Assembly: GCF_036321535.1 (NCBI RefSeq)
Contig: NC_087436.1
Coordinates: 111,416,001 to 111,480,000 of the forward strand
DNA from: Camelus dromedarius
Taxonomy: Eukaryota
Direction: 5' to 3'
DNA length: 64,000 nt
The translations under genes were made by a program, and so were the position numbers. The notes beneath the pieces were generated by a model. That model saw nothing but the letters and a program-made list of their open reading frames with translations, did no database searches and had not been told where the DNA came from. This document shows positions 50,425 to 63,891 of the stretch, in pieces. How positions within the stretch are numbered: the stretch's first letter is position 1; the number at the start of each line of letters is the position of its first letter.

Positions 50425-51580
50425 TAAAAAATTGAGATATAATAGACACATAAAATTAGTTTCAGGTGTACAACATAGTGATTCAATATTTGTATATATT
50501 GCAAAATGATCACCACAATAAATCTAGTTAACATCCATCATCAAACGTAGTTACAATTTTCTTTCTTGTGATGAAAATTTTTAAGATTTACTCTCTTAAC
50601 TTTCAAGTATGCAATATAGTATTATTAACTGTAGTTACTGTGCTGTATATTACATACCCATGACTTACTTATTTTATAGCTGGTAGTCTGTATCTTTTGA
50701 CCCCCAACCATTTTGCCTACTCCCTATACTCCCTACCTCTAACAATCACCAATCTCTCTGTATCTATGAGTTTGGTGTTTTTAATATTTTTAGGTTCCAC
50801 ATATAAGTGAGATTATATGGTATTTGTCTTTCTCTACCAGACTTCTTTCACTTAGTATAATGCCTTCAAATTCTATTCATATCATTACAAATGACAATAT
50901 TTCCTTTTTTGTGCCTGAATAATATTCCACTATCTGTCTATCTACCACATTTAAAAAAATCCATTCTTTCATTGATGGACACTTAGGTTGCTTCCATGTC
51001 TTGATTATTGTATATAATGCTGCAATGGACATGGGGGTTCATATATCTTTTCCAGTTACTATTCATTTCCTTCAGGAAATATTCATTTCCTTCAGATAAA
51101 TACCCAGCAGTGGAACTGCTGGCTCATATGGTAGTTCTACTTTTAAGTTTTGGAGAAACCTCCATACAGTAGTTCGTAGTGGCTGTACCAACCTACATTT
51201 CCACCAACAGTGTACGAGGTTCCCTTTTCTCCATATACCTACCAATACTCGTATTTCTTATCTTTTTGATAATAGCCATTCTAAGAGGTGTAAGGTGATA
51301 GCTCATTGTGGTTTTGTTTTGCATTTCCCTGATGATAAGTGATGTTGAGCACATTTTCATGTACCTGTTGGCAATTTGGATATCTTTTTTGAACAAATGT
51401 CTCTTCAGATCCTCTGTCTATTTTTAAATAAGATTGTTTGTTTTTTTGCTATTGAATTGTGTGAGTTTTTAAACATATACAGTGGATATTAACCCCTGAT
51501 CAGATATGTGATTTGCAAAAAATTTCTTGCATTTAGTAGGTTGCCTTTTCATTTTGTTGATGGTTTCCTTTGCTGTGCAG
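50425..51580 (-). mobile_element. L1 (L1MA-like) 3' ~1.15 kb
   Basis: ORF 51193-51396(-) is an L1 ORF2 C-terminus ([35 protein letters not shown]). Antisense 3' UTR present, with an internal 20-bp duplication at 51060-51099. Confidence 0.9.
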
Positions 51581-51959
51581 AGGTTTCCCATGCCTTGTTC
51601 ATCTCATTTACAACTCTCCTGAAGAGCATGGTTTCAGTTACTCAAGGCTACTTTTCCAACCAGAGAATCTGAAAGAAGGGAAGTTATATTTGTTGAACCC
51701 AGAGCAGCCATTCCAGTCACTGTGTGCCTACTGTGTGCCACTGGGGAGGGAATCTCAGGGGCTGTGGGGACACAGTTTACCTCATCAGGAGCAGGAGGGA
51801 AGCTCTGGGAAGGCTCCCTGGAGTAGGCGAGGCTTGAGTTGCCATTTGTAGGGTGAGCAGGCATTAGCTAATGAGAACTGGAAGGAGGAAAGTGGGAAGT
51901 CCTGCTTTAGGCAGGAAGAGTGGCAGTGTTAAGGGCTGAAGTCAAGAGAGAGCCAGCCT

Positions 51960-52850
51960 TGACTAATGGAATACTCATGGATTCCAATCTTTTTTTTTTT
52001 TTTAAATTTTCTCCAGTCCCTGGGAGCAAATTGCAGTCTTTTTATTTATTTTTTTCCTCCTCTTGTGCTCAGTTGCCCTGTTTTTGAGGTCTCTTTTCTC
52101 CCTTTTACCATGGTTCTCAACTTGTTTTTTTGGGGAAATACCTTAAGCAGAATTTAACGGGAAAAGAATCTCTGCCTCTTACTGTTCCAAATTCATTTTT
52201 ATCCCTTCCTGCCTCAACAAAAACTTTATGGAATCAACACCACCATGCTCTGTGGGAAAAAAGAAAAACCTTCTGCTCCCTTAGCTCTGCTGGAAGCTGG
52301 ACGGTGCTAGGCCCCTGTGCAGTGGTGCATAGAATTCTAGCTTTTCCTCTCTTTTCTCTGTGTATTAATTAGGTTCAGAGATTACACTGTGTCTCTATAT
52401 AAATATGAACAGTTAGGATTTACCAACATATATCTGTTTACTTTCTCTTGTTTAAAAAAAGACAAAAAATCTAGAAAAAAATGGGGTTATAGAAGGTCAA
52501 CAAAGGGTGGGTTTGAGCTGTTTGGGTGGGTTAAGTGGGCATTTTGACACATGGCTTCACCTTTGGCATATTTAATTGTGGTGTTTAATGGACGTTGTTG
52601 CAGTTTAAGATGCCACTTTTAAAATAAAATTCTCTCCTAATGGTGACTTGAGCCCTGCCACTTGATGGGAGAATCAGCAGAACCTGCAGGATCTAATTTG
52701 CAATTGACATTCTCTATTGTAATTTTGTTCCTATTTATTTAAAAATTTTTCTTTTTGTTTCACTGGAAAGGAAAAATGATGCTCAGTTTTAAACATTAAA
52801 AGTGTACAAGTTGCTTTGTTACAGTAAAAGCAATTGTGTAAAAAGAAAAA
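51960..52850 (+). pseudogene. SET: Processed retrocopy of the SET (SET nuclear proto-oncogene/TAF-I) mRNA 3' UTR
   Basis: Matches the SET 3' UTR as I recall it (ttctccagtccctgggagcaa; atggaatcaacaccacc; atggggttatagaaggtca; aagtgtacaagttgctttgttaca). Starts at tGAC-TAA, has AGTAAA at 52823-52828, an A-tail and a 16-bp TSD. Confidence 0.88.
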
Positions 52851-53864
52851 GAGGGAGCCAGCCTAACACGTGTTGAGTGAGAACCTGCAGGTGCCTGTAG
52901 CAAGGGCATAACTGATGAGTGACTTCTCATGACATGTGGACCAGTCCTGGACATGTGACCAGCCCAAAGATGGAGGTGAAGTTGAGAAATTATATTTGCC
53001 TTTATTCAAGTCTAAGGAGTAAGAACTGCAGTGAAATTTGGAAAATGAATGAGGAAGAAAAGTGTTTGTGATGGTGGGGATTTCATTCTTTTAAATGTGT
53101 GAGATGGTTCTAGCTTCCAGTGAATAATACCCAATATAATGAATTTCATTTTATGTCAGGAAGGTGGTAGGAATAGAGGATCTAAGATGCCTCTTGCAGG
53201 ATTCTTTGTTAATATGCATGAGGCTAAGATGTCGGGGCACATATTCAAATTTGGCAATGGTGGAAGTAAAAAGACAGCTTCATTTTTTCCTTCCCTGAGG
53301 GAAAGTGGAAAGGCGGAAGGCTTAGCTTCGCTCAAATTCATTCTGATTTCTTCCTGTTGGAATGTATCTCCGGCTCCCGGTCAGTCACAATAAAAAGTGG
53401 CCTTGAGAGTTGGGGCGGCAGTTACTTTAATGTAAATAGAACTTTAAAAAATTCTTCCAGGAAGCAGCCCTCAGACAAACTCTCTGACAGGTTTGAGATT
53501 TTATTGGATTAAGTACTGATTCCTGGGAAAAATGTGAGTGAGTCTGGTCACCTCTTACCCTGACACAGGCTTTCTTCAGGAAGGGAGACAACACAAAACT
53601 GCATTAGGAGAAACAGAAAGTCCATTAGGAACCACTTTAATATAGCTTTTATTCTGTTGGCCTTTTGCTAATTTAATAAAGATTGCATATCCCTGGTGGC
53701 TGATACTCAGAAATTTGAGATGTCAATTCCTGGAGGGTTCAGCGGAATAGCTTAAAAGAAAGCTAGAGATGTGCATCCTAATTTGTAGAGAGGGAGATGC
53801 GCCTGGCTCACGTTCAAAAGGTAAAGGCCATGAGGTCCAAGAGAACGGTGGACCCAAAGGCACT

Positions 53865-54025
53865 GTCCTGGGCTGGAGTCCTGACTTTGACATCTTCAGG
53901 CTATGTGACATCTCTGAGTGACTGTACCTCTCTGAGTCTTAGTTTCCTTACCTGTAAAGTGATATAATAAAATCTACCTTCTAGAACTGTAAACATTGAC
54001 TGAGATGAGGTATATAAAGTGCTTA
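53865..54025 (+). mobile_element. MIR SINE
   Basis: acctctctgagtcttagtttccttacctgtaaa. Confidence 0.75.
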
Positions 54026-54669
54026 CCCTTGTGTTTGCAACTCGGAGTCTTTGCCTTCAAGTGAGTTGGTGCCAAATGAGGAAAATGAGGGTGTTCTGGG
54101 GCTCAGCATACAGGATGGAGAGCCTTGGTCAGGTGGATGACTATGGCCAGGTGCTTGTGTCCTTGAGGATTGTGGCTGATGCAGGAGCGAGTGGAGGGTT
54201 TGCTGCAGAAGCATGGGCAGAGTGGGAAGGACCCCACCTCGTTTGAGCTCTTGCACACCACAAGGAACAGGTTTAGGCAAGAAAGGAAGTCCAAGCATGC
54301 ATGTCAGCAAAACTCAGCACCTTGGAGGTCAAGGAAGAGTTTTAAGTGCTCTCTCATGACAGGGAGAGAGATGAAGCTGGGAGTTGACTATGAGACTGTG
54401 TTCTACTACAGCGCCTCCAGGGCAGCTGGGAGCTTCAGATATGTGGAACAAAGGTCCTGGTAATCCTAGAGGTTGTGCGGTGTTCAGTTTCAGAGTCACG
54501 ACAGGAAGAGGGTGGGCTCTAGGAGTGTAGGGCAGGGGTTCAGGCAGTGGGCCATCCCCATGGCCAGGTGTACACGGGGAGAAGCTAGAGTTTGGGGAAG
54601 GAACTGTGCCTGGGGAGGATGGGGCCCTCCGATGGAAGCCAATTCCTGCTGAAGATGGCTTCACACCCC

Positions 54670-55320
54670 AAAATTACAAGTGAACTGCTGAGTCAGAGTA
54701 AGAGTCAGAAGATGCAAGAAATGGTAAAAGTCATACCCTAGATGCTGTAGATAATAAAACAATGTAAGAAAAACTTTCAAATAAGTACATTTATAATCTC
54801 CGAAGAGATAAAGGAAAGGATAGAAACCATTAGGTAAGAACAGGGCATCATGGCAAAAGCACAGGTGAATTTGAGGAAGAACCAAATATAAATTCAATAA
54901 ATAAGTAAGCAATAATTGAAATGAGAAAAAAAAAGACTCATCAAATGGTAGACTAAGATATTTGAAGAAATGAGTAGTGAAGTGAAAGCTAGAGCTCAGT
55001 AAATGAGCAAAATGGAACACAGATATGAAAGAGAAATTATTAGAAAGGAAAGATAGATTAAAATGATCAAAATAACAAGAGTGTCAGAAAATTAGACTAG
55101 ATATAATGAAGAAGGGGTACCTCTTTGAGGTAAAATGATGCAGAACTTTTCAGATTTGAAGAAAGCTTTAAGGTATAATGGAATCCTCAGAATTTTAAAA
55201 AGTGTAAATAAAACAATTCATAGCCATACCACAGAAAACCAGAACATCAAAGCAAACGAAAAATACTAAATTCTGCAAAAGAAAGAGACATATTATTTAT
55301 TAAAAATGCATGCTTCTTAT
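54670..55320 (+). mobile_element. Decayed L1/HAL1 ORF1-region fragment
   Basis: A-rich stretch with ORF1-like motifs (gaacttttcagatttgaagaaag; cagaacatcaaagc...aaaatactaaa). Confidence 0.55.
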
Positions 55321-55514
55321 AGATATTTGAACCATAAAATAAAGAAAAACCTCATGTATAATTCAGTTATAGCCAACTACTATATTTTGGGTGTACTTCT
55401 TTCATTTCAAGACTTTCCTGTGCATATCTCTTTTTAAGAAAGTTTAACTCTTCAAGTATGCACTATTTTATGTCCTACTTTTTCATTTAACATATATCGT
55501 GAATTAGCCAGTAT

Positions 55515-56050
55515 TATTTTGTAAAACAGTTTTCAGCATTGAGAAGTCTCACACTTACAGAAATGTTGCAAGTACAGGACAAAGAGCTTCCCCTTCCCTG
55601 AGCTGTTTGAGAGACAGTTGCCACTGATGCTCCACCACCTCCAAATCCTTTAGTGTTTATTTTCTGCAATGGACATTTTCTCACATAACTGTAATACAAT
55701 AATGGAAGGCAGGACAATAACATTAGTGTATTGCATTTAATCCTTAGACCCCACTTGAATTTTGCCAATAGAGATAGATCCAGCTAGTTCAAAATCATGC
55801 ATTGCCCTTAGTTGTCAGTCTGAAACTGTTGTTCAGTCTTTCCTTCCTGGTAACCATAAGTTCGTTTACTATGTCTGTGAGTCAGTTTCTGTTTTGTAAA
55901 TAAGTTCATTTGTGTCATTGTTTTAGGTTCCACGTATAAGAGTTATCATACGGTGTTTTTCTTTCTTCTTCTGGCTTACTTCACTTAGTATGACATTCTC
56001 CAAGCCCATCCATGTTGCTGCAAATGGCGTTATTTTATTCTTTTTTTATG
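55515..56050 (-). mobile_element. L1 3' fragments (old, then a younger one from ~55850)
   Basis: cacttacagaaatgttgcaagtaca; ggtaaccataagttcgtttactatgtctgtgagtc; tccatgttgctgcaaatggc. Confidence 0.8.
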
Positions 56051-58894
56051 GATTTTTCATTTTTAAATTCTTTTTCATTATAAACATAATTTAAAAGGAG
56101 AGCCGAAGTTATCTTTAAAATTGCTTTTTTTGGACCTTCAGAACACTTACTTATTTTTGCTTTTATAATTTTACCACAAAAAAACCTTAAGCATTTCCTG
56201 AATTTTGGTATTTCCTGATGTCTGAGCTGCTGGTGGGAGACAAGGTGGCTCAGTTGAAGACAGCAGAAGGAACAGAGAACAGAAAAGTCCAGGGTGGGTA
56301 GGGGGATGGAGGGAGGAGGTACTGGGTTGGCTGCATGCCTCTAAATTAACCTTCAACCTCAATTGGTAAGCACCATGTCTCCTCTCATCCCCTAGCCTCC
56401 CCCTTTAGTTACTGCCTGCCCCTGATTTACAGATGGTCTACAGAATTTTCTTTTCTCATGAGAAAGATTTTATTCTCCCATGATTATTTTGCGGCCATAG
56501 TACAGGCCATTGGTCCTCAGGGTGGTGCCAGTGGTTTTGTTGAAGCCCAGAGGACCAAGGCCACTTAAAAATGCCCACCCCTAGAGATGTTGAGCAGGGA
56601 GGTCAGCACTGCCAGAGAGGAAATGGCATCCATTATTTAACCCACGATCTAGGGTAATGATTTTTCCCTAAGATGTCTTCCAATTAGAGTGCTTAAGGAA
56701 GTTCAATTGCAAATGCTTGCTGTTCTCTGATTGATTTGAAAAATGAAAAAACATATTGCTCATTGCAGACTTCCTCTACAAATGGAGGTCAGTGGAGAAA
56801 ATCATAGTCTTTTGGGTAATTAGAGCTGGAAGGACCTTGGAGATATCATCTAAGTCAGTGTTTTTCAAATTTTTTAGCCACTGGATTTCTTCTTACCCAA
56901 GTGCAGTCAATCATATGATCAATCCCAATAAATAAATAAAATGAAAAAAGCCATCTGCTTAAACTTCACTCTTCCTTCTGCTGAAAAACCCTCTGTCTAG
57001 TCCAAGATCTTCAAACTGAGACCCCAGAGAAAGGAGCTGATGGGTTCAGACTCACCCAGTTTGTGATTGGTGGGTCATGGCCAGAGCTCCTGTTTCCCAA
57101 ATCTTAAGTCAGGGCTCCTTGAACCAGACAAGACATAGCATGATCTTCTGAGGTCTTTTGTTCTTCTAGAGCTCAGATGAAAAGGGAAGGAAATAGAAGC
57201 AGTGGATTAATCTGGTACCTTGAGGAGATCCTCCCAACTCAGCAGGGCGTGTGACTCAGCTAAGGCCACATGGCTGGGCCTGGTGAGAAGGCCTCCTGGC
57301 AGGGGTTGCCTAAGGGTGACTCAGGTTCAAAAATAAGGTGTCTCCAAGGACTGGGGATGAGAAACACTGGGAAAACAATGAAAGTTTGTCTGAACTAGAC
57401 ATAAGTACAAGCAGGTGGAACATTCATTTCACCAGAGAGTCTCCCTTTTTGCAAAAAAATGGAGGCTTCACAAGCTCCCTTCTATAGGGTGTGAGAGTGA
57501 GTTGGGACCCCCTGTTTTCTCAGTGGGAGGAAGTTACCCTCCAGCCATGACTTCCGCCCTCTTGGTGGTTGCTGTTGTGGTGTGAGGGGAGCCGGAGGCA
57601 GTGTGACTGATGGGAGGGAGGGGTGAGAGGGAAAGGTTTCTGAGCCTCTGTGATGACTGAGAAACTTTGGGCAAAGGAAGGAAGAGCCCCTTGGACTCAG
57701 TCTTGGTAGGGAGAGGGATGGCTGGAACTGAAGAAGAAAGTTTCTAGGCGTCACTGTCAGAGAGAGAATTTTTCTGGAGGCCATTGCTGGGTGAGGGGGA
57801 GAGATAGCATGAGAAGGGAGACTGACTAACAGAAAATTCTACTCGAAGGACAATTAAAATATTCTGCTGTGCATGGAGAATGCACTGGCCTTCTTAGCCT
57901 ATTTCCTCAAGGGTCTGAGTAAAGTTTTGAATTGGTTTAGAGCACTTTTTTGGGACCACTGGACTCTGGTTCTTTGAAACACAGCCTGTGCAACATGCAT
58001 GGCCTTAATTGTGTTTGGAATACTTATGCATGGTAACCTTGCAGACAGGTAGGGACTTAGGGCCAAGGGCTTTGGCTGTACTTGGCTATGCTCTGATTTA
58101 AGAAATCAGCACTTCTAATGAAGCAATGGATTAACTTGAAGTTGCAATGATCAGAAACCTACAAAAATATAGTGATGGAGAGGCATGCAATTATCTGTGC
58201 TTGCTGACAACTGGTGGCTGAATGAGTGATGGAGGTGTTGAGGAGCAGCTAGAAGTCTCTTGCAGGCCTCTCATTGTCAATCCACTGGGGTGCCCTCAAT
58301 CCCCAATCCTGAGCTTTCTCTGGACTCCGGAGCCCTAGTTTTCCACCCACTCCACCCTGAGACTTGCATTTGAGTGTCGAGTTTTCGATTGTCAGCCTCT
58401 GTTCTGATTGCTCCGTGCCCAGGCAGGTCTAGATGTTAAGTATTTCGAATATTACAGCCGGCTTATCCTATTACGCAAGCGTGCTAGGTGCAAAAATCCA
58501 TCCTCCTGGGGAACATATGAGATTAACATTCTGTTGCAAAAGATGTTTAAACCTGGACAGTTTGGAGTGCTGGTGTGTATGTGGGGTGTGACTGAGGGAT
58601 GGGGGTTAGTGAAACCGACAGACTAGATTTGTAGGAAGACTGCAAGCTATGTGTTTGCATTTAGGCCCCACATTCTTGCCTAGCAGGATTTGGCTGCAAA
58701 TTCTTTCCAGATGAAAACATGAATATCTTAGTAACCCCTCTAGGTGATAAATAATGTGAACAACTTTTACGTTTTTCATGTCTTCCCGCATCTCTTGTGT
58801 GTCTGAAATGACACCAGAGCTGTAACTCCACATACTGGGTGCTCAGACAAGTTTGCCAAATTTGTGAATTGAGCTTTTCTCAAGGGGGTTAGTT

Positions 58895-59400
58895 ATCGGA
58901 TTAGTCAGGATTCTTGACTGCAAGTGATGAAAACTCTACTGGAACTAGTTTAGGCAAAAGAGGAAATTAATTTTCTTGGGTAGATGGGAAGGAAGAGGTA
59001 GGGCTTGGGGCAACTGAAACCAGGGACCTTTTTTTGGGCTTGACTTCTCTCTGAGTGTCAGCTTCATTTTACTTACTGCATCCAGCCCTCTTAGGAGGAG
59101 AGAAAGTAACAATTAGTAGTGTCCAGAAGCAAAATTTGATAGTATAGCCCAAGAAGAAAGAACTCTTGCCCTAACTCCAATGTAAAGAGAATCTGGGTAG
59201 AAATTCTGGTTGGCCAGGCATGGGTCATGGGATCTGGTTCTTGGATCAGATCATGTTCAATCAGGAGGGGAGTCAGTTTACTACAATCCACTGATCCAAG
59301 GAGTTGAACTGAGGGGGAGGAAACTTCACTAAAAGAAAAGTGGTATTATTCCCATTTGATAGGCATATTGACAGACCAAAGAACTGCTGCTCACTTTACA
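58895..59400 (-). mobile_element. Old MLT1 (K/L-like) LTR
   Basis: ttagtcaggattcttgactgcaagtgatgaaaactc; ctggttggccaggcatgggtcatg. Confidence 0.6.
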
Positions 59401-60361
59401 CACACAAAATTCACAAAACAGTGGGTTGAACTGGGGGTATTAGCTCAGTGTGTTAGTTTTTCAGATTGGAGAGATCAAGCTGGGTGACAAATTCACAACT
59501 GGGAGAAGATAAGACTTGAGCTGGCTGTTGAAGGTTGGGCAGAATTTGGATGTAGAGAGGAGCAGGGACAGGGTGAGGGAGGAGAAGTGGATCTAATTAA
59601 CATCATGAGGATGGAGATTGGGAGGAATAATAAAGCACTAACAGCACCATCACCACCATTAGCTCACATTTATTGAGTACCATGTGCTCATACCATTGAA
59701 GGTACCTTACATGTATCATCTCACTTAATCCTCATAACAACTCTTTGAGACAGTGATTAAAAGCAAAGGAAGATGGAAGATATGAGATGGAGAGCAGTGG
59801 GAAACATTTTGTATAAGAGATGACTTATCACTAAATAGTAGTTGAGAAAAACCATTCATACAATATTCAGCAAGTATTTATTGAGCCCTGATTAGGTCCT
59901 AGCCAGTGTGCAACTTTGCTTTAGAAACATTTAAAAAAATTCTCTTGTGAGTTGGCTCGAGCAAGCTTTGCCTTTAATTTCGTATATTAGTCAGGTTAAG
60001 ATAAGTGATGCTGCATTAATAAAACACCGCCAAATCTCAGTGGCTTACAAAACCAAAGTATAGCTCCTGCTTGCTCAAGTCCACTGATCTTCTGGACAAC
60101 TCTTCAAGATAAAGCTTCAATGCTGTGGCTTCCTCACCTCATCACAAGGCTTCTGATTCCTGTAAGACTATCCCATTAGGAGAAGAGAATTCTGAGGGGA
60201 CTATGCCAGCAATTAAACATTTCAGAGCAAACTTGTCACATGACGTCACCTACCTATAAAGAAGGTAAGGGCATGTGATAATCCTTCTGTGCCTGGAAGA
60301 AGAACTTGGATATGAGACACACTAGAACTCCAACATATTTCCTGAGCAAGATACTTATTTA

Positions 60362-60480
60362 TTTTCTTTCTTCTCTCCCTCCCTCCCTCGCTCCCTCCCT
60401 CCCTTCCTTCCTTCCTCCCTCCCTCCCTCCCTTCCTTCCTTCCTTCCTTCCCTCCCTCCCTCTCTCTCTCCTTGCCTGTC
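60362..60480. repeat. (CCCT)n/(CCTT)n polypyrimidine microsatellite
   Basis: About 115 bp of almost pure pyrimidines. Confidence 0.95.
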
Positions 60481-61214
60481 TCCCATTTTTCTTCAGGATT
60501 GTCTCGAGACTTAGGCTCTCAGCCTTGAACGTGACTCCCAGAGACAGCTGAGTGACTGCCCTTTGTTCAAGCTCTACAGCGCTACATTCAGAAAGTGTAA
60601 CATCTGGGCCAGGCTGTGTCAGTCCGGGGAGGCTGAGGTGCTTAATGACTGTGCTTGTGTTCGAGTATACAGCATTGCACCCTATTTGCAATCACGTTGT
60701 GCCCTGCATATCTCTAAGATGATAAGGTGCACCTGTTCCAGGTGCAATGGCTTCCAGAAAACATCTAGAACTGTTTCAGGCTCAGGCAGGGCAGCTGAGC
60801 CACCAGGAAGTCAGATGTCTTTAGTGGTTGTTCAACTCTGAAATTCAAATTGTGTGGAAAGGCTCTCAGGAAACAAAATTCATTTTTAAGACTTTTTTTT
60901 TCTTGCATGGTTGAAGTCTCCTGTGTATGATGCCCAATCTATTATGAATTTCTTTCAAGTGAAGTGATAACTTTCAGATTACCTTGGCAATTTCTTCATC
61001 TGATGGAAGGGTATCTATATGTCACCCCTCTATTGCTTGAATTATTTCAATCCTACTCCTGGATGGTCCTCTGTGGTGGCCAAAGGAATAGTGACATAAA
61101 ATCATAGTATTCTCAACACCCCAAAGAAACTCACATCCATTTGCCACCATCAGGTGGTACAAGCACATGAAACCATCTTGTTATTTTTTTTTGTTAGGAG
61201 TTTATTGGAAGAAT

Positions 61215-61465
61215 AACATAATGGTTAAAACTGCAGCTCTTGCAATCAGACCTAGGTTTGAATTACGGTTTGGCCACTCACTGATTGTGTGACTTTGGGG
61301 ACACAGCTCTTTGAGCCTTGATTTTCACATTGATAAAAATGAGAGAAATAATAGTCTTGATCTCATGCAATTGTGAGGATTCAGGGAGTTAATGCTTAGA
61401 AAGCACTTAACACAGCTCCTGGCAGTTAGTAAGTGCTCAGTTTACATTGGCTTTTATTAGTAATA
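61215..61465 (+). mobile_element. MIR SINE
   Basis: tggttaaaactgcagctc...tcagacctaggtttgaat...gtgtgactttggg...tagtaagtgctcag. Confidence 0.8.
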
Positions 61466-61849
61466 AGCCCTATTTTACAGAACAGCATAGATGTTAATCT
61501 GCTTCTTTGATTAATAAAATTTTGGAAAATAAAGCATTACTCAGTAAATAGCATTTATTTATTTATTTGTTTGGATCTTTTAAAACCTGAGAGTTTAAGT
61601 AGGAGAAATCAAAAGGGACTTTTGGAGGTGGATAAAAGGTTAAGAATCGCTGCCCTTATGCTATAAAACAGAGGTTGCAAACTAGAGCCGACAGGCAAAC
61701 GTGGCCACCAGAGGAGTCTGACTTGGACAATGTTTTGGGTTTAACTTGACTTGGCTGCTAATGTTTAAGTATCAAAAGATTTCACATAAAAATTAGTGTC
61801 TAGTTTTGGGCTTGTGTCTGGCCTGTTTTACTCTTGTATGTTACCTGCC

Positions 61850-62347
61850 TATGGAAGGCAGAATAATGGTCCTCCAATGACATCCATGTCCTAATTCCTG
61901 GGACGTGGAACGTGTCAGGTTACATGGAGGCTGTATAAAGAATTAAGGTTGCTGTTCATCTGACCTTGAAGTAGGGAGATCATGCTGGATTTTCCAAAGT
62001 AGTCCCAACCGTTCCTATAAGTGGGAGAGGGACGTAGAATAGGAAAGTAGGAGGGAGATGAGGTTATGGAAGAATGGATGGAGAGATTCAACACTGTTGA
62101 TTTTGAAGATGGCAGAGGGGGCCGTGAGCCAAGGCATGTAGGTGGCCTCCAGAAGCTGGAAAAGACAAGAAAATAGATTCTTCCCTAGAGCTTCCAAAGA
62201 GGGACACAGCCCTGTGACACCTTGATTTTAGCCCAGTGAGACCTGGGCTGGACTCCCGACATCCAGAACTGTAAGATAACATGTTTTTCTTTATTAAGCT
62301 ATTAAGTTTGTGATAACTTTCTATAGCAACAATGAAAAATGAATGCA
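61850..62347 (+). mobile_element. Full-length solo MLT1D-like LTR, adjoining a MER58-like MITE fragment (~61668-61849)
   Basis: 498 bp from tatggaaggcagaataatgg to aatgaatgca. Perfect 5-bp TSD CTGCC (61845-61849 and 62348-62352). Confidence 0.88.
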
Positions 62348-63166
62348 CTGCCATATTCCTGTAAGATAAAGCTATTTTTCCCTGTTCATGAGCTTTTTAA
62401 AGTTTTGAACCTAATTCTTTTGAGGGGCTTTGTAATCCCAGCAAAGTCACTAAGCCGAACAGAAATGCAGAAGCTCCCTGGCTTCCCTACTGGAAAATGT
62501 GGATCAGTGGGAGTGCTTGCTGCCTTTGATGTCAGGCATCCATGCTGGCATCTGTCAAGGACTTCCAGCTACACAAGAGAATGGTACTTTTGGTGTTTAA
62601 AATATGTACTAAGTGGTAGTAAATCCTGGGGAATGGTTGTAGCCCCTCCTGCTGGGATTTTAGCAATAGATTTTTCACATGGTTTGGAAGAGTTCAGCGT
62701 TTTTCTCAAACACAGATTGCCTGGGCTGGGTGAGCAATATTAACGAGGAGGGGAAGATCTTGTCTGAGAAGTATGTTTTTATTCATCTCTGCATAAATGA
62801 CCGTGGAGACCCTGGGAAGGAACTAGGACTGAGAGAGGTAGAAAGAAACAGAATTCTTCCCAAGATGCCTCGGAGCAAAGGGGCAAGGGCCTGTGGGAGC
62901 AGACGTGGTTGGGACCTAGGTAAGGCCGGTTAGGAACAGGGGAGGAGTGTGCCTGGTGTCTCACCCATGGACCCAAGTGGACGAACAGAGAATATGAGTC
63001 TGAAGGTTGGCTTTTAAATACAGCCTCCTGGCAGGGCCTGAGCTGAGTCTCAGTGCTCCCCCAATTCCCCAGTCAGATGAGTTATCCTACTCTTTTCTTG
63101 AACTTGAGAGTGAAGGAGTGGGGAGAAGCTGGCAGTGTTCCTTCTGTAACTTCCGCTCTGGGCAGA

Positions 63167-63440
63167 TGCGATGGTTAACTTTATGCATCAGCTGGACTGG
63201 GCCATGGGATGCCCAGATAGCTGTTTAAACGTTGTTTCCGGGTGTGTCTGTGAGGCTGTGTTTCTGGATGAGATTAGCAGGTGCATTTGTGGATGAGTAA
63301 AGCGGATGGCCTCCCCTGTGTGGGTGGGCCTAACTAATCAGCTGAGGCCTGAACAGAACAAAAACGTGGAGGGAGTTTGGCCATGGGGATGGGACGTTGA
63401 TTTTCTCCTGCTCTTGGCACGCTTGGTTCTCAGGCCTGCT
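63167..63440 (+). mobile_element. Partial MLT2 (ERVL) LTR
   Basis: tgcgatggttaactttatgcatcagctggactgggccatgggatgcccagatagctg...tggatgagattagca. Confidence 0.85.
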
Positions 63441-63849
63441 GACGGAGGTAGATCTCTATGAGATAGTACTCTTGGTTTATGTTTCATTTTGGTCTTGATC
63501 TTGAGCAAACTGTGGTATTGACATGACCTCAGAATACATGCAATTGTATTCGACAATTTACCCTTCTGGATTCACTTATTCTATTTCATGGTCTCTCATG
63601 TTTCCGAGTGTTATCATGCTCTTGTGGGATGATGGTGAGGGGCACTGCGACTTGGTGAGGGGCAGATGGTACAGTGGGGAGGGATGGGCCTGACCACCCC
63701 CTTCCCCGACCCCCGGGCTTCTCTATCTGACTCCCCGGCGGTGCCTTCCCACCATTACCTTGTGTTTGGTCCTGGGTCTCAACACAGAAATTCAGAGGAT
63801 GGTAATGTTCAAAGTGTTCCTCTGAACAGAGAAGGTCTCTCTGGAAACT

Positions 63850-63891
63850 TTCTTTTTTCTTTTCTATTTTTTTTTTTTTTTTTTTTTTTTT
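63850..63891. repeat. T-rich / poly-T tract
   Basis: About 25 consecutive T preceded by (TTTTC)-like units. Confidence 0.9.

Noticed and set aside
51966..52372. ORFs inside the SET retrocopy
   Set aside because: They derive from 3' UTR sequence. No SET coding region is present.
60306..60691. PSLP- and EGR-rich ORFs
   Set aside because: They are translations of the (CCCT/CCTT)n microsatellite.
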